NCBI GenBank assembly: GCA_050084515.1
Contig: CM114271.1
Location: 49,352,001 to 49,416,000 of the forward strand
Direction of reading: 5' to 3'
Source of the DNA: Blasia pusilla
Taxonomy: Eukaryota
Length of the DNA: 64,000 bases
Positions 1 through 12,108 of this stretch are shown here, piece after piece; within the stretch, counting starts at the first letter, position 1, and each line of letters opens with the position of its first letter. The position numbers were made by a program, and so were the translations under genes. Under the pieces are notes generated by a model. That model saw only the letters and a program-made list of their open reading frames with translations, was not told the DNA's origin and did no database searches.

Positions 1-3000
1 CAAGAAGAAATTTCCAAGAAAAGACTTCAAATGCTTTTATTGTGGTAAGCTAGGTCATCTTATCAAAGATTGTAGAAAGAGGAGTCAGGATGAGAAGAAC
101 GGTTATTTAAGACCTAAGAAGGAGTCTGGAAATTCTGTAGAACTAGGAGAACATGAAGTAGATGCTTGGGTAGCAATAGAAGAGTTTTGCACACAGGTAG
201 AACATTCCACTAAGTCAAAGAGTGAAGATGCATGGGTGCTCGATAGTGGAGCATTTAGGCATATGACCAATCATAAGAATTGGTATAGCTCCTTACAGCC
301 TCTAAAGGAGCTCATCGTTGTTACTGTTGGGAATAATGCAAAGTGCCCTGTAGAAGGAAAAGGCACAATTTCTTTAGTCTCACAAAAAGGAGATGAAAAG
401 AAGTTAACTGATGTACTGTACGTACCAGAGTTGAAGCGAAATTTGATTTCAATGGCAGTATTATGTGATTGTAACCTAGAAGTTCGTTTCAAGAAAACTG
501 GAGCAGTCATTGAGGATGCCAATGGGAAAGTAGTGGGTGAAGGTATACGACGTGGAAATATCTACGAGTTGTATGCTTTCACGACAAGTGTAGGTACAGA
601 TCTTAGTAGCAGTAAGTTGTGGTATGAAAGATTTGGTCACCTTAGCTTTCTCTTACTAAGTCAAATGCAGAAATCTAGCATGGTTGTTGATTTACCAACA
701 ATTTTTGGAGTGTCGGATACTTATGAAGCTTGTATGATGGGAAAGCAACATCGACAGCCATTTCCACAAGAGTCCAGCAATAAGGCAAAGGCTCCTCTAG
801 AGTTGATACATGCTGACCTCTGTGGTAAAATGAGAACAGTGGCATTAGGTGGTTCTTCCTACTTCTTTTTAGTTGTCGACAATTATAGTATGAAGATGTG
901 GGTGTATTTCCTTCGTGATAAGGCAAGTGCTTTTGGAAAATTTAAAGTATGGCACAAGTTGGTTGAGAATGAGACAAGAAAGAAGGTACAAAAGCTTCGC
1001 ACCGATCGAGGAGGAGAATTCTTATCAACAGAATTCAACAAATATTTGGGGGAGCATGGAATCAGTTTATTGATTAACCACGGCACATACACCACAACAA
1101 ATTGGAGTTGTTGAGCGTCGAAACCGTACAGTGGTGGAGATGGCAAGATGTATGATGAAAGAAAAAGGTTTGACAGAAGGATTTTGGGCTGAAGCTGTTA
1201 ATACATTCGTATACATTCTAAATAGAAGTACTACCAAGTCAGTGCAAGGCGTGACTCCTCATCAATCATACTCAGGTAAGGTACCATCAGTCCAACATTT
1301 CAGGACTTTTGGTAGTGAGTGTTTTGTACATATTCCTGAAGCATCTAGGACCAAGCTAGAGTCCAAGAGCAGGAAGTGCATCTTTATGGGATACAGTGAT
1401 GAGTCTAAAGCTTATCGCCTTTGGTATCCTGAGGAAAAGAAGATGGTTGTGAGTCGTGATGTGGTGTTCCAAGAACAGCCTCGTCAAGTGGCGGATATCA
1501 ATGGTCCGTCCACATTATCATCAAACGAAGAGATAACCCACCAGAGCACACCACAAATGTTTACACCAAATCATCAAGAAGAAGAATTTGGTGATGATTA
1601 CAAAGAGCAACCTGCTCTTCCACTACGGTCGTCATACCCTAAGTGGATAAAGCAACTCTTGGATGATAAGGATCCACCAGCAACTGATGAAGTTGTTACA
1701 CATCCAAGGAGATCCAAGAGATTAGAGGAGCAGAATAGAGCTTCCGCATATCTCCTCAACATGGCCTTGATGACAAAGGTCTTGAAGGTGGAAGAGCCAT
1801 CATGCTTGGATGAGGCCCTTGCTCATCCTCAATGGAGAGAGGCCATGCAGATGGAGATGGACGCTATTCAGAGGAATGAAACTTGGACTTTGGTTGAAAA
1901 GCGAAAGGACATGAAGATAATACGCACCAAGTGGGTGTACAAGACCAAGTACAAGTCGGAAGGTACATTGGATAAATTCAAAGCGAGGTTGGTCGCACAA
2001 GGATGCTCACAAATCGAAGGTTTTGACTTCTATGAGACTTTTGCTCCTACTGCAAGGATGACAAACATTCGAATTGTTCTAGCGGTTATAGGAACAAGAT
2101 GTTGGTCTGTATACCAATACGATGTGAAGTCTACCTTTTTTAATGGGAGTCTCAAGGAGGAGGTATATGTTTCTCAACCACCAGGTTTTGAGACACCCAG
2201 ATCATAAGAGAAAGTTTTTTTACTTCATCGAGCATTGTATGGGTTGAAGCAAGCCCCAAGGGTATGGTATCAACGAATAGATACATTCTTTCGAGAGAAG
2301 GGTCTCATCAAGAGTCCGTCAGAAGCAAATTTGTATGTGTTTTACGAAGATGGGATGTATATGTTGATAGTCGTGTATGTGGATGATCTGATCATCACAG
2401 GAGACCAAAGTAAGAAAATAGAGGAAATGAAGGGAGTGTTGAAATCTGAGTTTGAAATGTCAGATTTAGGTCTTCTGCACTACTTTATAGGGCTGAAAAT
2501 TTGGCAACAGTCAGATTCTATTTTTCTCTCTCAGCAGAAGTATGCTAGAGAAATCTTGAAGGCATTCGGGATGACCAAGTGTAAAGCAGTGGTCTTGCCA
2601 ATGGAGATAGAATTGAAACTCTCGATGAAGGATGTTTCACCATTGGTAGATGAAAAGTTGTACAGAAAGCTTGTAGGCAGTTTGATATTTTTGTTTAATA
2701 CTAGACCAGACATTAGCTTCGATGTGGGAGTGTTGAGTAGGTTCTCAACTAAGCCTCGTGAGAACCATTGGAAGGCAGGGATGCGTGTGTTGAAGTACAT
2801 CAAAGGCACTATCGAGTACGGCATCACCTATGGAGCAGGGACGGAAATGACAGGTTTTTGTGACTCTGATTGGGCAGGAGATTCAGATTCTCGAAGATCA
2901 GTTTCAGGTTATTGCTTCTTGGTAGGATCAGGTGTGGTGTCATGGGTCAGCAAGAAGCAACCTACAATGGCTCTTTCTTCTACCGAGGCAGAGTACAAGG

Positions 3001-3317
3001 CGGCTTGTTATGCTTCTTGTGAAGGAGTGTGGTTGAGATGGATATTGGAGGACATAGGAGAAGCACCATAAAGTGCTAGTGTAATGTGGTGTGACAATCA
3101 GAGTTGCATTGCCATAGCACATAATCATGTGTTTCATGCTCGTACGAAGCACATAGAGATCCAGTATCATTTTTTTCGTGAATTGATCGAGAGAGAGATT
3201 TTGAAGTTAGTCTATTGTCCAACAGAGGATAACCATGCAGACATCTTCACGAAAGCTTTGAGCGGAGATCAGCTTCACCGACATCTGAAGGATCTTGGCA
3301 TAGGTCCAAGACAGTAG
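1..3317 (+). mobile_element. Ty1/copia LTR retrotransposon gag-pol (5' part outside window), mildly disrupted
   Basis: Frame 2 from base 2 gives a CCHC knuckle CFYCGKLGHLIKDC. Then protease WVLDSGAFRHM, integrase H..GH..C(Y)EAC, LIHADLCG, TDRGGEF, ERRNRTVVEMAR, RT KARLVAQG, LYGLKQAPR, YVDD and RNase H DSDWAG, TKHIEIQYHF, ADIFTKAL, in copia order PR-INT-RT-RH. Lesions: one frameshift ~1065-1080 and in-frame TAA at 2205-2207 and 3069-3071. Confidence 0.97.
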
Positions 3318-3337
3318 TCCACATGAGAGTGGATATT

Positions 3338-3345
3338 GAGGGGGG
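3338..3345 (+). promoter_or_regulatory. Polypurine tract of copia element
   Basis: GAGGGGGG lies 20 nt after the pol stop and directly before TGTTGG. Confidence 0.85.
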
Positions 3346-3802
3346 TGTTGGATTCTCAACATACACTTCTCTAAGCACCATTAATCTGATCGGGCCCCTT
3401 GTATGAGGAGAAGCCTAGATTGATGGTTCCGACTTAGACGTCGGAGGAGTCATAGTAATATGACGTAGGTGGTTTTAGGAGTAGCGTTACTAGGTTTATC
3501 TAACCCTAATGCGTCGCGAGGGTCGGCAAAATTTTTCTATTAATAGAAATAAAGAAAAATAAATAAAACCCTAGTTTTCCTGAGTAGTCAAATAGTCGGG
3601 AGTCGCAACGGTAGCGCATTCTCGTATGTCGAGTTATCTCCCAGTTCAAGTTCCATCGAAACTCTTTTGTAAGCGCTCGGACATACTAGACCATTTTGTA
3701 TCTCTAAATTTTGTAAAGATTTCAATAATTTCATTATTTTTTGTTTTGTCACGGAAAATAGAAAAAAAAAATTTCTCTTGAAACTAGAAAACTAAAACCT
3801 TC
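3346..3802 (+). repeat. 3' LTR of copia element (right end uncertain, possibly truncated by an insertion)
   Basis: Starts TGTTGG immediately after the PPT. No canonical ...CAACA end is seen before the Helitron-like terminus at ~3813. Confidence 0.7.
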
Positions 3803-3812
3803 CTATATTATA

Positions 3813-5918
3813 CTAGTAAGTTGCCCCGGTACGCACGGGTATACATTATTATTCGTTTAATTTAGCTCTTCTTCAAACGATAATTGTTTAATAATTGTTT
3901 GCGTAAGAGGAGTCCTGTATGGATTCTTTAAACCCATCCTCTCTTTAATAGTGACAATTCATTATTCACGAGGACAAAGAGAACCGACCGGAAGTGCGAC
4001 ATTTTATCCTAGTATGTGTTCATCATGATTGAGTTACGTTTCTCTTCAACTTGGATGTGTACATGTTGGAACCTCGGGGATTCATGCCCCATGCACGAAT
4101 CTCCTCGATATTCAACGATCGGCTTTGGAGTTCATGTGATATTTGGAATCTCACTCCTGCTGCAGTGATTAAGAATAAATTGTGAAAGTTAAAACTTAAT
4201 TAGTTGTCGCAGTCTACACGACGTTTCCCTACTTTACCCCCGATTCACAATACACTCCATATGTATGATATGTGATTGACAAGACTCAGGCTTCCCCCAC
4301 AAACCTTGAGACTGTCCACATGCTCACCGACATGAGATCTCCGGGTCCAGCAAATTTCAAACGAAGTCTGGTACCAGTTGCATGGTGGCAGTGAGTGGCA
4401 AATCTACAAACAATTTACGAACCTCTATGAAGAGCCAGACTAGCTTCGAGCTTATTCTAAACATGGGCCAGGACTATGTACCCATCATTTAGCAGCTCCT
4501 GCAAGTTCCGGCGTAGGTGGAGGCACCCAGGTCATCGACTAATCGAGCCTATTTCACCAATTGCATCTCGCAAGTAGCTTCACCAGTAGCATCCAGCGGT
4601 CTCTTCATGGAGATGGACGATCTCCAGGCCCAGGCTATTCCAGCAAATCTGTCATGTGCAAATCCTTTCTCTCGATCAATGACGGCTGGGACAGACGTGT
4701 GCAAAGCCAATCCGATCATCGATGACAGTTTTTGGAATAGTTTCCGCCGGAAGTTGAGCCAAACTAATCAAGGTCCCGCCCGCCATCCGCTGGTTCCGCT
4801 CGAGATCCCGGTTCTATATTCGGCAGTCCAGTACGTGCGTACAATTCAGGTGTATACACTACGGTTTCAAGATGCCAGCAATCGAGAATTATCGCCAATT
4901 CGAATCCGACAGTTTCCTAGATTTAGGTTTCTATCATCCCGCACTCGAACTCCAAGAGTCGAAGCTTGTCTTGAAAATAAAATTTCAGCAAGCCGGGCCG
5001 GATGGACGGATCGGTTGCGGATCTGGGCTGACCTCGATGTGTATCATGGACCGATTGGTTCAGGATCTATGGACGAATTACAAGGTGGGAGGATTGGACG
5101 GCTCGGGTTATCGAGAACACCGGCATACGTGCCACTCATTGTAGGACCCACATACCATAGACCAGCTTGTCTGAAGTCGATTTCGCTCGAAAAGAAGGAA
5201 AGAAACCGACCGACCGGGAAAAGTTGAGGGGAGAACCCTTCCATGTAAGCAGCAAGGGAGCACCCAGCCCACCTACATCAGTAGCGATTTGGGGCACGAT
5301 AAGGTAGTTGACTAAAACAACGGACTTCGACAATTCTCGGATCCGTAGAGGTCGTGGACGATGTTGATTCCTCCACAGCGAGCATACAAGGGTGCCACTT
5401 TTCCAAGACTAACAAGTAGGCAACCAACCGTGACTAAGACACGATGTGACCATGTAAATGATTGTATACTGCTCTCAGAGTACGACGCTGAAATATTGAC
5501 CGCCCTTCAATAGCTCAAACTCGAAAACCTGCCTGCCCTGGACGAATGGATATGAGGCGAGATTCAGCATTTGATGGTCTTGTCCGGACGACCTTGGGCG
5601 CCCCAAGACTCCTGGATAAACTTGCGAATTCAAATTTCTCAATCACTGACTGCTTCAAACTGTCGTCGCTTTCAGTTCGGAAAAGTTCCCCCCAACACCG
5701 TTGACTGCAAGTTGTGATACGAAATGGAATGTTGCGACTTATCCTTTCTAACTCCGAAAAAGTCTTCTACTAACACCTCCAACTTATCTATGCTGTTTTG
5801 TTTTTACCCAATGGGATCGTTTGTCTTTCGATTACTCCAAATTAATTTAAAACGGCACTCGAAAATCAATTATGGGAGATAATCTAATCTAATCTTACAC
5901 TAGTCTTCTAATATAGTG
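3813..5918 (-). mobile_element. Putative non-autonomous Helitron-like insertion carrying unidentified GC-richer sequence
   Basis: The minus strand reads CCCGTGCGTACCGGGG-CAACTTA-CTAG|T at 3839-3812, a GC hairpin followed by CTAG then T, which is the Helitron 3' signature. The far boundary is only guessed from an inverted CTATATTA..ACTAG motif at 5900-5916. Confidence 0.45.
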
Positions 5919-6021
5919 CCAAAATATACACTCATAATTTTTGGAGCTTATAGACATGTGGGAAGTCTCAAAGAGTTTATATCCTCAAAAGAAGGAAAAA
6001 ACTTATAAAAATACAATTGCA

Positions 6022-6170
6022 CAAGAAAGAAACAAAACAATGCCAAGTTTATCTCTAGAGACCAAGGCCCGTAATATATTCACGACTCGAAACAATGAAA
6101 AAGAAAGAAACAAAACAATGCAAAGTTTATCTCTAGTGTCCAAGGCCCGTAGTATATTTTCAACTCAATC
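6022..6170. repeat. ~81-bp tandem duplication (2 copies)
   Basis: AAGAAAGAAACAAAACAATG(C/CA)AAGTTTATCTCTAG..CCAAGGCCCGTA.TATATT occurs at ~6023 and ~6101. Confidence 0.85.
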
Positions 6171-6249
6171 TATGATTACAAAGGTTAAGTGGCCCCAAAC
6201 ACAATTCGTACTAGGTTTATGGGTTTATATATCCTCTAATTTTAACACA

Positions 6250-6950
6250 TAGTCCCAACATATTTTTACAAGCAATGAACTTAGCTCTAGATAGTGGTTT
6301 TGTGAAGATATATGCTTCCATATGCTTTGTTGGATCAAAGTAATTATGTTCCACTTCCCCTTTCTCCATGCACTTCCTCATGAAGTGGTGGAAGTGGTGT
6401 TGAATATCAAAATGCTTGGTCTAACGATTGTGAGTAGAATTCCTCACAATCTCAAGACACAATTGATCATCCTCATGAATAAGGATTGCAAATATTTGCT
6501 CAATCCCATAATCTCCTATTTCCTTTTGAAGCCACAGAGCCTCCTTGCTGCAATATAGTGGTATTGCGCCTTTGTTCATAATAGATATTTTTTTACTCTT
6601 TCTTGCTTGACCAAGAGACAAGTGCTCTGCCTAGTATGAAAGCAAAGCCTCCAATTGAACATCACGTCTCCTTGCAACCTCCCCAATTTGCATCATTGTA
6701 TCCTACTAGCTACAAGCTTGTATGTTTGTTGCCATACTACAACATTAAATTCTTAGTTCCATGAAAGGAGCAAAGTACTCGTTACACTCGTTGCTAATGT
6801 AATGTGCAAGGTCAAGACATATACTATTCAAAGTGCTATTAAGCAAAAGAGATACCAAAACTAGTTGCATTTTCTACATAAAAAAATATCCCAATGCTTG
6901 TTGATACAATTTGAATTCTCTTGAGTCGAGTGGCATATCATTCTCATGAA
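6250..6950 (-). pseudogene. Degenerate Ty1/copia RT C-terminus/RNase H fragment
   Basis: Minus translation includes LVGYNDANWGG, ALVSWSSKK, KEALWL, HEDDQLCLEIV, TKHFDIQHHF and YIFTKPLS, with stops and frameshifts. Confidence 0.85.
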
Positions 6951-9380
6951 TGGTCGAATGTCTTGGCTCACCGGACTGCCATCCTGGTCTGTAGAACGCT
7001 GACTCCTCCCAATAATCCAGGGAAAATCCCATCGGGTACAACACTGCTCCACCAACCAAGACTTTGTAGGACTCTGCATCGGTCACGATCGCTTTGGCTC
7101 ACACGACGGACTCATCTGTAGGATGTCCTAGACGAACCCTCACCACGACCTCCTGTCGGGTGATAAATTGTGTGGTACTCGCTCCACTCAAGGATGTATG
7201 TATCCTGAATGGACAGCACTCCACATCGGCCCTCGTCAGGCCCAACCCTGTAAATACCGCCTTCCCCAACATCAGGGGTTGTGCTCTTGAATCTAACAAG
7301 AAACATTGCGGGCAAAACAATCTACCTCCTGGGCTCACCAACTCGACGATCTCTCCCCGGTTATCCAGCAATACAACACCTAGAGCAACCATGGCACGCT
7401 CTATCGCGGGTCTAGCGGGCATCTCCGCCATCCTAGCAGCCGCAACTTGCCATGAATCTGAAGTGGACAGCCCGAGCATCGGCTCCAAGCGCAAGTCCAT
7501 CACCTCCTATGCAATCACCTCTAAATGTGATGCAAAAACACCATCTCCACGCTCACGTAGCGTAGCGGCCAGCCGGAAAACTTCGGCGGGCATACCTCCC
7601 AACGACATAATATCCGAAGCAAAAAATAGCAGAGCAGAGTACACCATTGTGGCCTCCCCCAACATCATACTCGACACATGCTCCTCTTGAGCATCAGCAA
7701 TAGGAGTTGTCGCACACGCTTCTCCCATTGCCCTCCGTGTCTGCACACCAACACTATCGACTCTCCGGGAACTTTGATCAAGACCCATCGATGGGGTCCT
7801 TATCGCCTCAGACAACATGAAAGACTGAGGAAGCCTGGTCTGTTTCCTGGCTTTCCCCCTCTGTGGATCCAACTCCACGGTGGCTCCACGTGTAACAATA
7901 GTAGCTGCCTCCAATTGGACAGTCGCACACATCCAACCAAGATCCTCCATATCTATGGCTGCTCCATACGACGTCGATGCCACTGATCCGGCATCGGGTA
8001 ACCACAATGCCATAGCGGAAATATATTGTAGCCGCTCTATTTGAGCAGCCATTCCAGACATACCCGACGTCTCCCTCGACGCGTCTAAGTGGTGGAACCC
8101 TACCTCTTCTACGGGCAACTCCAACTCCTTGTCCCCCAACGGAACGACCTTGTGCATGACCTTTAGGCCCACCCAGATCGAAAACTCGCTCTAGTGCCCT
8201 CTCTAGCTCTCGGTCCAGACGTAACTCGGGGTGTAAGCTGAAACACCTAGCGCTTATATGACTGTACCTCTAACAATAGTCACATTGATAGCCTCTTGGT
8301 GTAGCACCATCTCCTCCTTCATGCTGAGGCACACGTCCATAATCCTGATGAGTGCAATCGCGTTGGTGATGGGTTCCACCTCAAGCCCAAAAAATAATTG
8401 CAAACAAATACTCCTGAGCCACATATGAAGGCGCATCGTGACCATGTCGCCGCATTCCATCGGCCCTATTAGCTTCCCTTCCACTGCCTACCATAGACGC
8501 GTACTCCTCTTGCCCGCCTGTCCTTGTCGTTGCTTGAATGTGGCCGCATGCCCAAGGTTGAATGATCCACCGCTGTCTTAATTGCTATTTCCCTTCTAGC
8601 CGGGAGCTCATGCGCGCCTAGGTGGTCACGGCGGAACTGCCTAAAGTGGCTGCCGAACTGCACTTTTTCCCTTACGCGCATTCTACTGGCCGCCTAGTTG
8701 CCTACTCGATCGTGGCTACCCTGACTATGATCACGCTTACAATCCTAGAACCTTGCCTGAGCCGCTAGCGCTGATATCCGCCCTGCTGCATTCGCCGGCC
8801 ACCTAGCGGGACTGCGGCTTGCCTTTTTCATTGCCTGTCTACGTCCATACCTACTGTAGTTTGGGGCCGCCATAGTTTATGGCCGTGCGTATACTTCGTT
8901 CGTCTTGCCCACTGCATTCTGTTGCTGACCGACTGACTCCGTCCAACATCGTTAGCCAATTGATGGCCATTGCCTTATCAACAGTCGGAACACGTACGCC
9001 TACGACAATTCAGCCGCCGCCGCTACTCAATTATTGGTCACTACGTTACCAACGACGACGGGTGATTTTTTTCTTGGATTGATGGGGACCGATTTTTCTT
9101 GCGGCTTTGCTATGTCTTGATTGGTAGCCGTTTGACTACAATCGAGTACCATACCGTGACGCCCGTAACCGCAATGCGTCGCCGATTGCCGCGCCGTGTC
9201 GCTCGTAGCCGTACTGCTCCGTCTCGATCGTGGAGCCGCATCATCATTGGAGCATAGCGTGTGTTGGTGTTGAGGAGGGTATGCCGTTGAGTGCCGCATC
9301 CCATTCCCGAGAGCCATGCTGATTGTAGCCATTATGTGCCACCAATGCCGTACCGTATGACTGAACCCGCATCGCACATC
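6950..9380 (-). mobile_element. Ty3/gypsy fragment (copy 1, 3' half): decayed Zn knuckles and aspartic protease
   Basis: FLLDSRAQPLMLGK (D-S-G-type active site decayed), CPFRIHTSL and SYKVLVGGAVLYPMGFSLDYWEESAFYRPGWQSG. Knuckle-like RCGFSHTVRHW and HCGYGRHGMVLDC occur at ~9140-9375. Homologous to 15500-17100. Confidence 0.8.
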
Positions 9381-9479
9381 TAGGAGATTTGAGCATCGTC
9401 AGTACCAGGGCGTACGACCTGCTATTTGGAGGAGTTTGTCTTCATGACCAAGTTGGGGTCGAGATTTGAAATTTCTGAA

Positions 9480-10850
9480 GAGCGACACAGACATTTATTC
9501 GGGTTACCCATTCTAGTCTTTTGCCTTGCACGTGTTAGGGAATTCTGGGTATTGGGTAGTTATTTGGGATATTGGGTTTCGTGTTGATGCACAAAGCATC
9601 ATTGATGTATGGGTTTAAGGGACATAGACCTGTGTGGGATGTCCAAAGTTGAGGGTATGTCATGTCAATGAGATGATAGGACACTAGCCGATTTGCTGCA
9701 TCACGCCACTTGTTGCCACATAGCACACGTCTCAGTGAGAGAGTGTAGATTGAGTGCCGCATGTTAGATTGAGTGATTACTCACGAGGTTGAGAGTGATG
9801 ACGTGAGAGGGGCATAAGGGCATCATGGCGTCCTTTTGGGACTTTGAGAGGCGAGATGGTGGACCTAAGGGTAGCTCTAGAGGGTTTACGCGGTATGGCA
9901 CGAGGTTTTGAGGGTCTACACGTGAAAGACCGCCTCAACCTCTTTTTTGTCGTCTTCAAACAAGGGGGAGAGTGTAGAGGAGCATGTTAGTGATTCACCA
10001 TACATATTAAGTGGTCCTACCAGTTGGGCGTACGAGATGGACAACCAAGGTAGAGGACTGCGTAGGTTTTCGGGTGCTATAGGCACGATAGAGTTGCACG
10101 ACTTTATTGCACAGTTTAGGAGTTGGTGTGACTCAGAGCGGGCTAGGAACTCCAAAGAGTTCAACCCGTTAACAGCATGGAATGGAATGTTCCAGCATTT
10201 AGAGGGGATGCCTATGGACGATTACCATGAGTCCTCTCATAGATATGCCTAGGAGATTGAAGCATGGTGACTCTACTATTACCCACATTTTGTGTCATGG
10301 AGTGAGCCATTTCCTAATGAGGAGGAGGAGTCAAGAGAGGCTTCTTCCTTTTCCACCAGTGATGTTTTAGGAGGGGTAACTCACACTAGAGCAGTTGCAC
10401 CGTCTAGTTAGGCTCGTCCCAAGTTCAACCCCGTGGTTGAGTTCTTTGCGGAGTTGAGGACGAGCTACCATGGGGTACGGATTGAGAAGTTGCGGAGCAT
10501 CCACGACTTCGAGAGGCGCTCGGGTGACAGCTTGCGTGAGGCCTACACTCGCTTACGTTGGTTGATTAACGTCACTCAGGGGCGACAGAGTCCTAGGCTA
10601 ACCAGTCATGGTACGCAATGTTGGACGGAACCCTGTGGACACGATTGCGGGAGGGGGTGCTTCTTAAGAGCACCTCACCTACATTGAGAGATGTTTTTAT
10701 AACCACCAAGAACATTAAGCACAACATGGCAGAGGAGAGCGTAGCCACTATGGGTTCTAGGCGAGAGCAGTCACGATTGCCTGCACCACCAATGCAACAA
10801 CGTGGATTTCGAGATAGGTCTATGGCACCACGAGCTTAGGAAGGATACCG
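9480..10850 (+). mobile_element. Ty3/gypsy fragment (copy 1, 5' half): leader and gag, opposite strand to its protease
   Basis: MDNQGRGLRRFSGAIGTIELHDF..AWNGMFQHLEGMPMDDY and VEFFAELRTSYHGVRIEKLRSIHDFERRSGDSLREAY match the gag on the minus strand at 17134-17990. The leader motif GGTTACCCATTC..GGGTATTGGGTAG is shared with 18375-18445 (-). Confidence 0.8.
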
Positions 10851-11573
10851 GGAGGCCGTGCCATAGAGACCTGCACCTTTGAAGATATTGGAGGATAGGC
10901 TCACGAGGTTGAGGATGACCGGTTGAGGCCACGGGTAACTTGAGAAAGCATGTTTCTCCTTCGTTTCGGCTCATTTGGAGCCACGTAGAGAAACTTGATA
11001 TTTTTGTTTATTTGTAATATAGTTGACTTTCTACTTTAGGAAGTGGCCCTTGACCCGCTATAGCAAGTCAAGAGCCAAGGAGGTGACCTGAAAGCATAGG
11101 TTATCGAGGAGAGAGTTTGGGAGAGGGAAGGGGCTATACCTCCAAGAGAGAGAGCTTAAGAGCTCATTCTCTCTTTGTTGAACCTCTTGGCATGATGCGG
11201 CGGAGCTATGGAACTCCTTGCCTTGTGTGTGTAATCCAAGCCTCTCATTAGGAGAATGGGTTTGGTTTGACATGAGAGAGAGTGCACACCATGGAGAGCT
11301 TGGCGTGAGATGTTGAGAGAGATTTGATTGATTTATTGGAGATATTTTGGTACTTCTCGTCGCTTTGTTTAGATGCCATAAGTTAGCATGGGATCGTGTG
11401 TTTTTGTATGTATGTTCGTTGACAGCAATATCTGTTGTGTAGCGATGTGTATGCGTACGACAGAGCACCTTGTGATGATCTTGAGAGATAAACACATATT
11501 AGACACAAAAATAAGACACAATAAGATCTCGTAGCTAAAAATTATGTCAAAGAATTTTCAAGGTTACACAGAA

Positions 11574-12108
11574 ATGGACATGTCCATGGACAAACTGCCT
11601 GCTTACCTGCAAGCTTGCCCCCTCTTGGCCACGGGCCATAAAACTGACGTGGGCTCGGCCAGCCTAGGTGCCCACCACGGGCTCGGTGGGCTTCAGGGCC
11701 GGGCTCAGGTTCAAGCCATGGATACCCGGGCTCGCACGGACATGTCCATCCTAGGGACGGACATACGTCTGCGGATATGGACTTTGTCCGACGTGTATAA
11801 CCCTGAGCATTTTGCACGTACCATGCAAGTCCATCGCGAACCAACCATGGCTTGATTTTTGCTATACTACATGACTAAATGACACTTTTGACTTGCACAA
11901 GATATGCAAAAAAAATGGAATTAGAAACTTTGTGACTATGTTGCAACTCTCAAAATTGAGAGTTTTTAGATGTATTGTAGCTATGCAATGGCCAACTTGC
12001 AACTCTTGGAACTTGTAAAATTCCATACGGACAAGTCCTTCCATAGGAAGGACATGGACATGTCCATAGACACAGACTTTTTCCACATGCAACCCTTGCC
12101 ACATGTCC
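11574..12108. repeat. Cluster of GGACATGTCC-type palindromes in an unclassified repeat
   Basis: ATGGACATGTCCAT at 11574 and ~12055, CGGACATGTCCAT at ~11737, and variants at ~11758, 11777, 12028 and 12101. Confidence 0.7.

Noticed and set aside
4517-5227. 236-aa ORF
   Set aside because: GTG start, no recognisable motif and no splice support, so it is not called as a gene.
11574-12108. Match of GGACATGTCC to the p53 half-site
   Set aside because: Plants lack p53, so the match is treated as coincidental.
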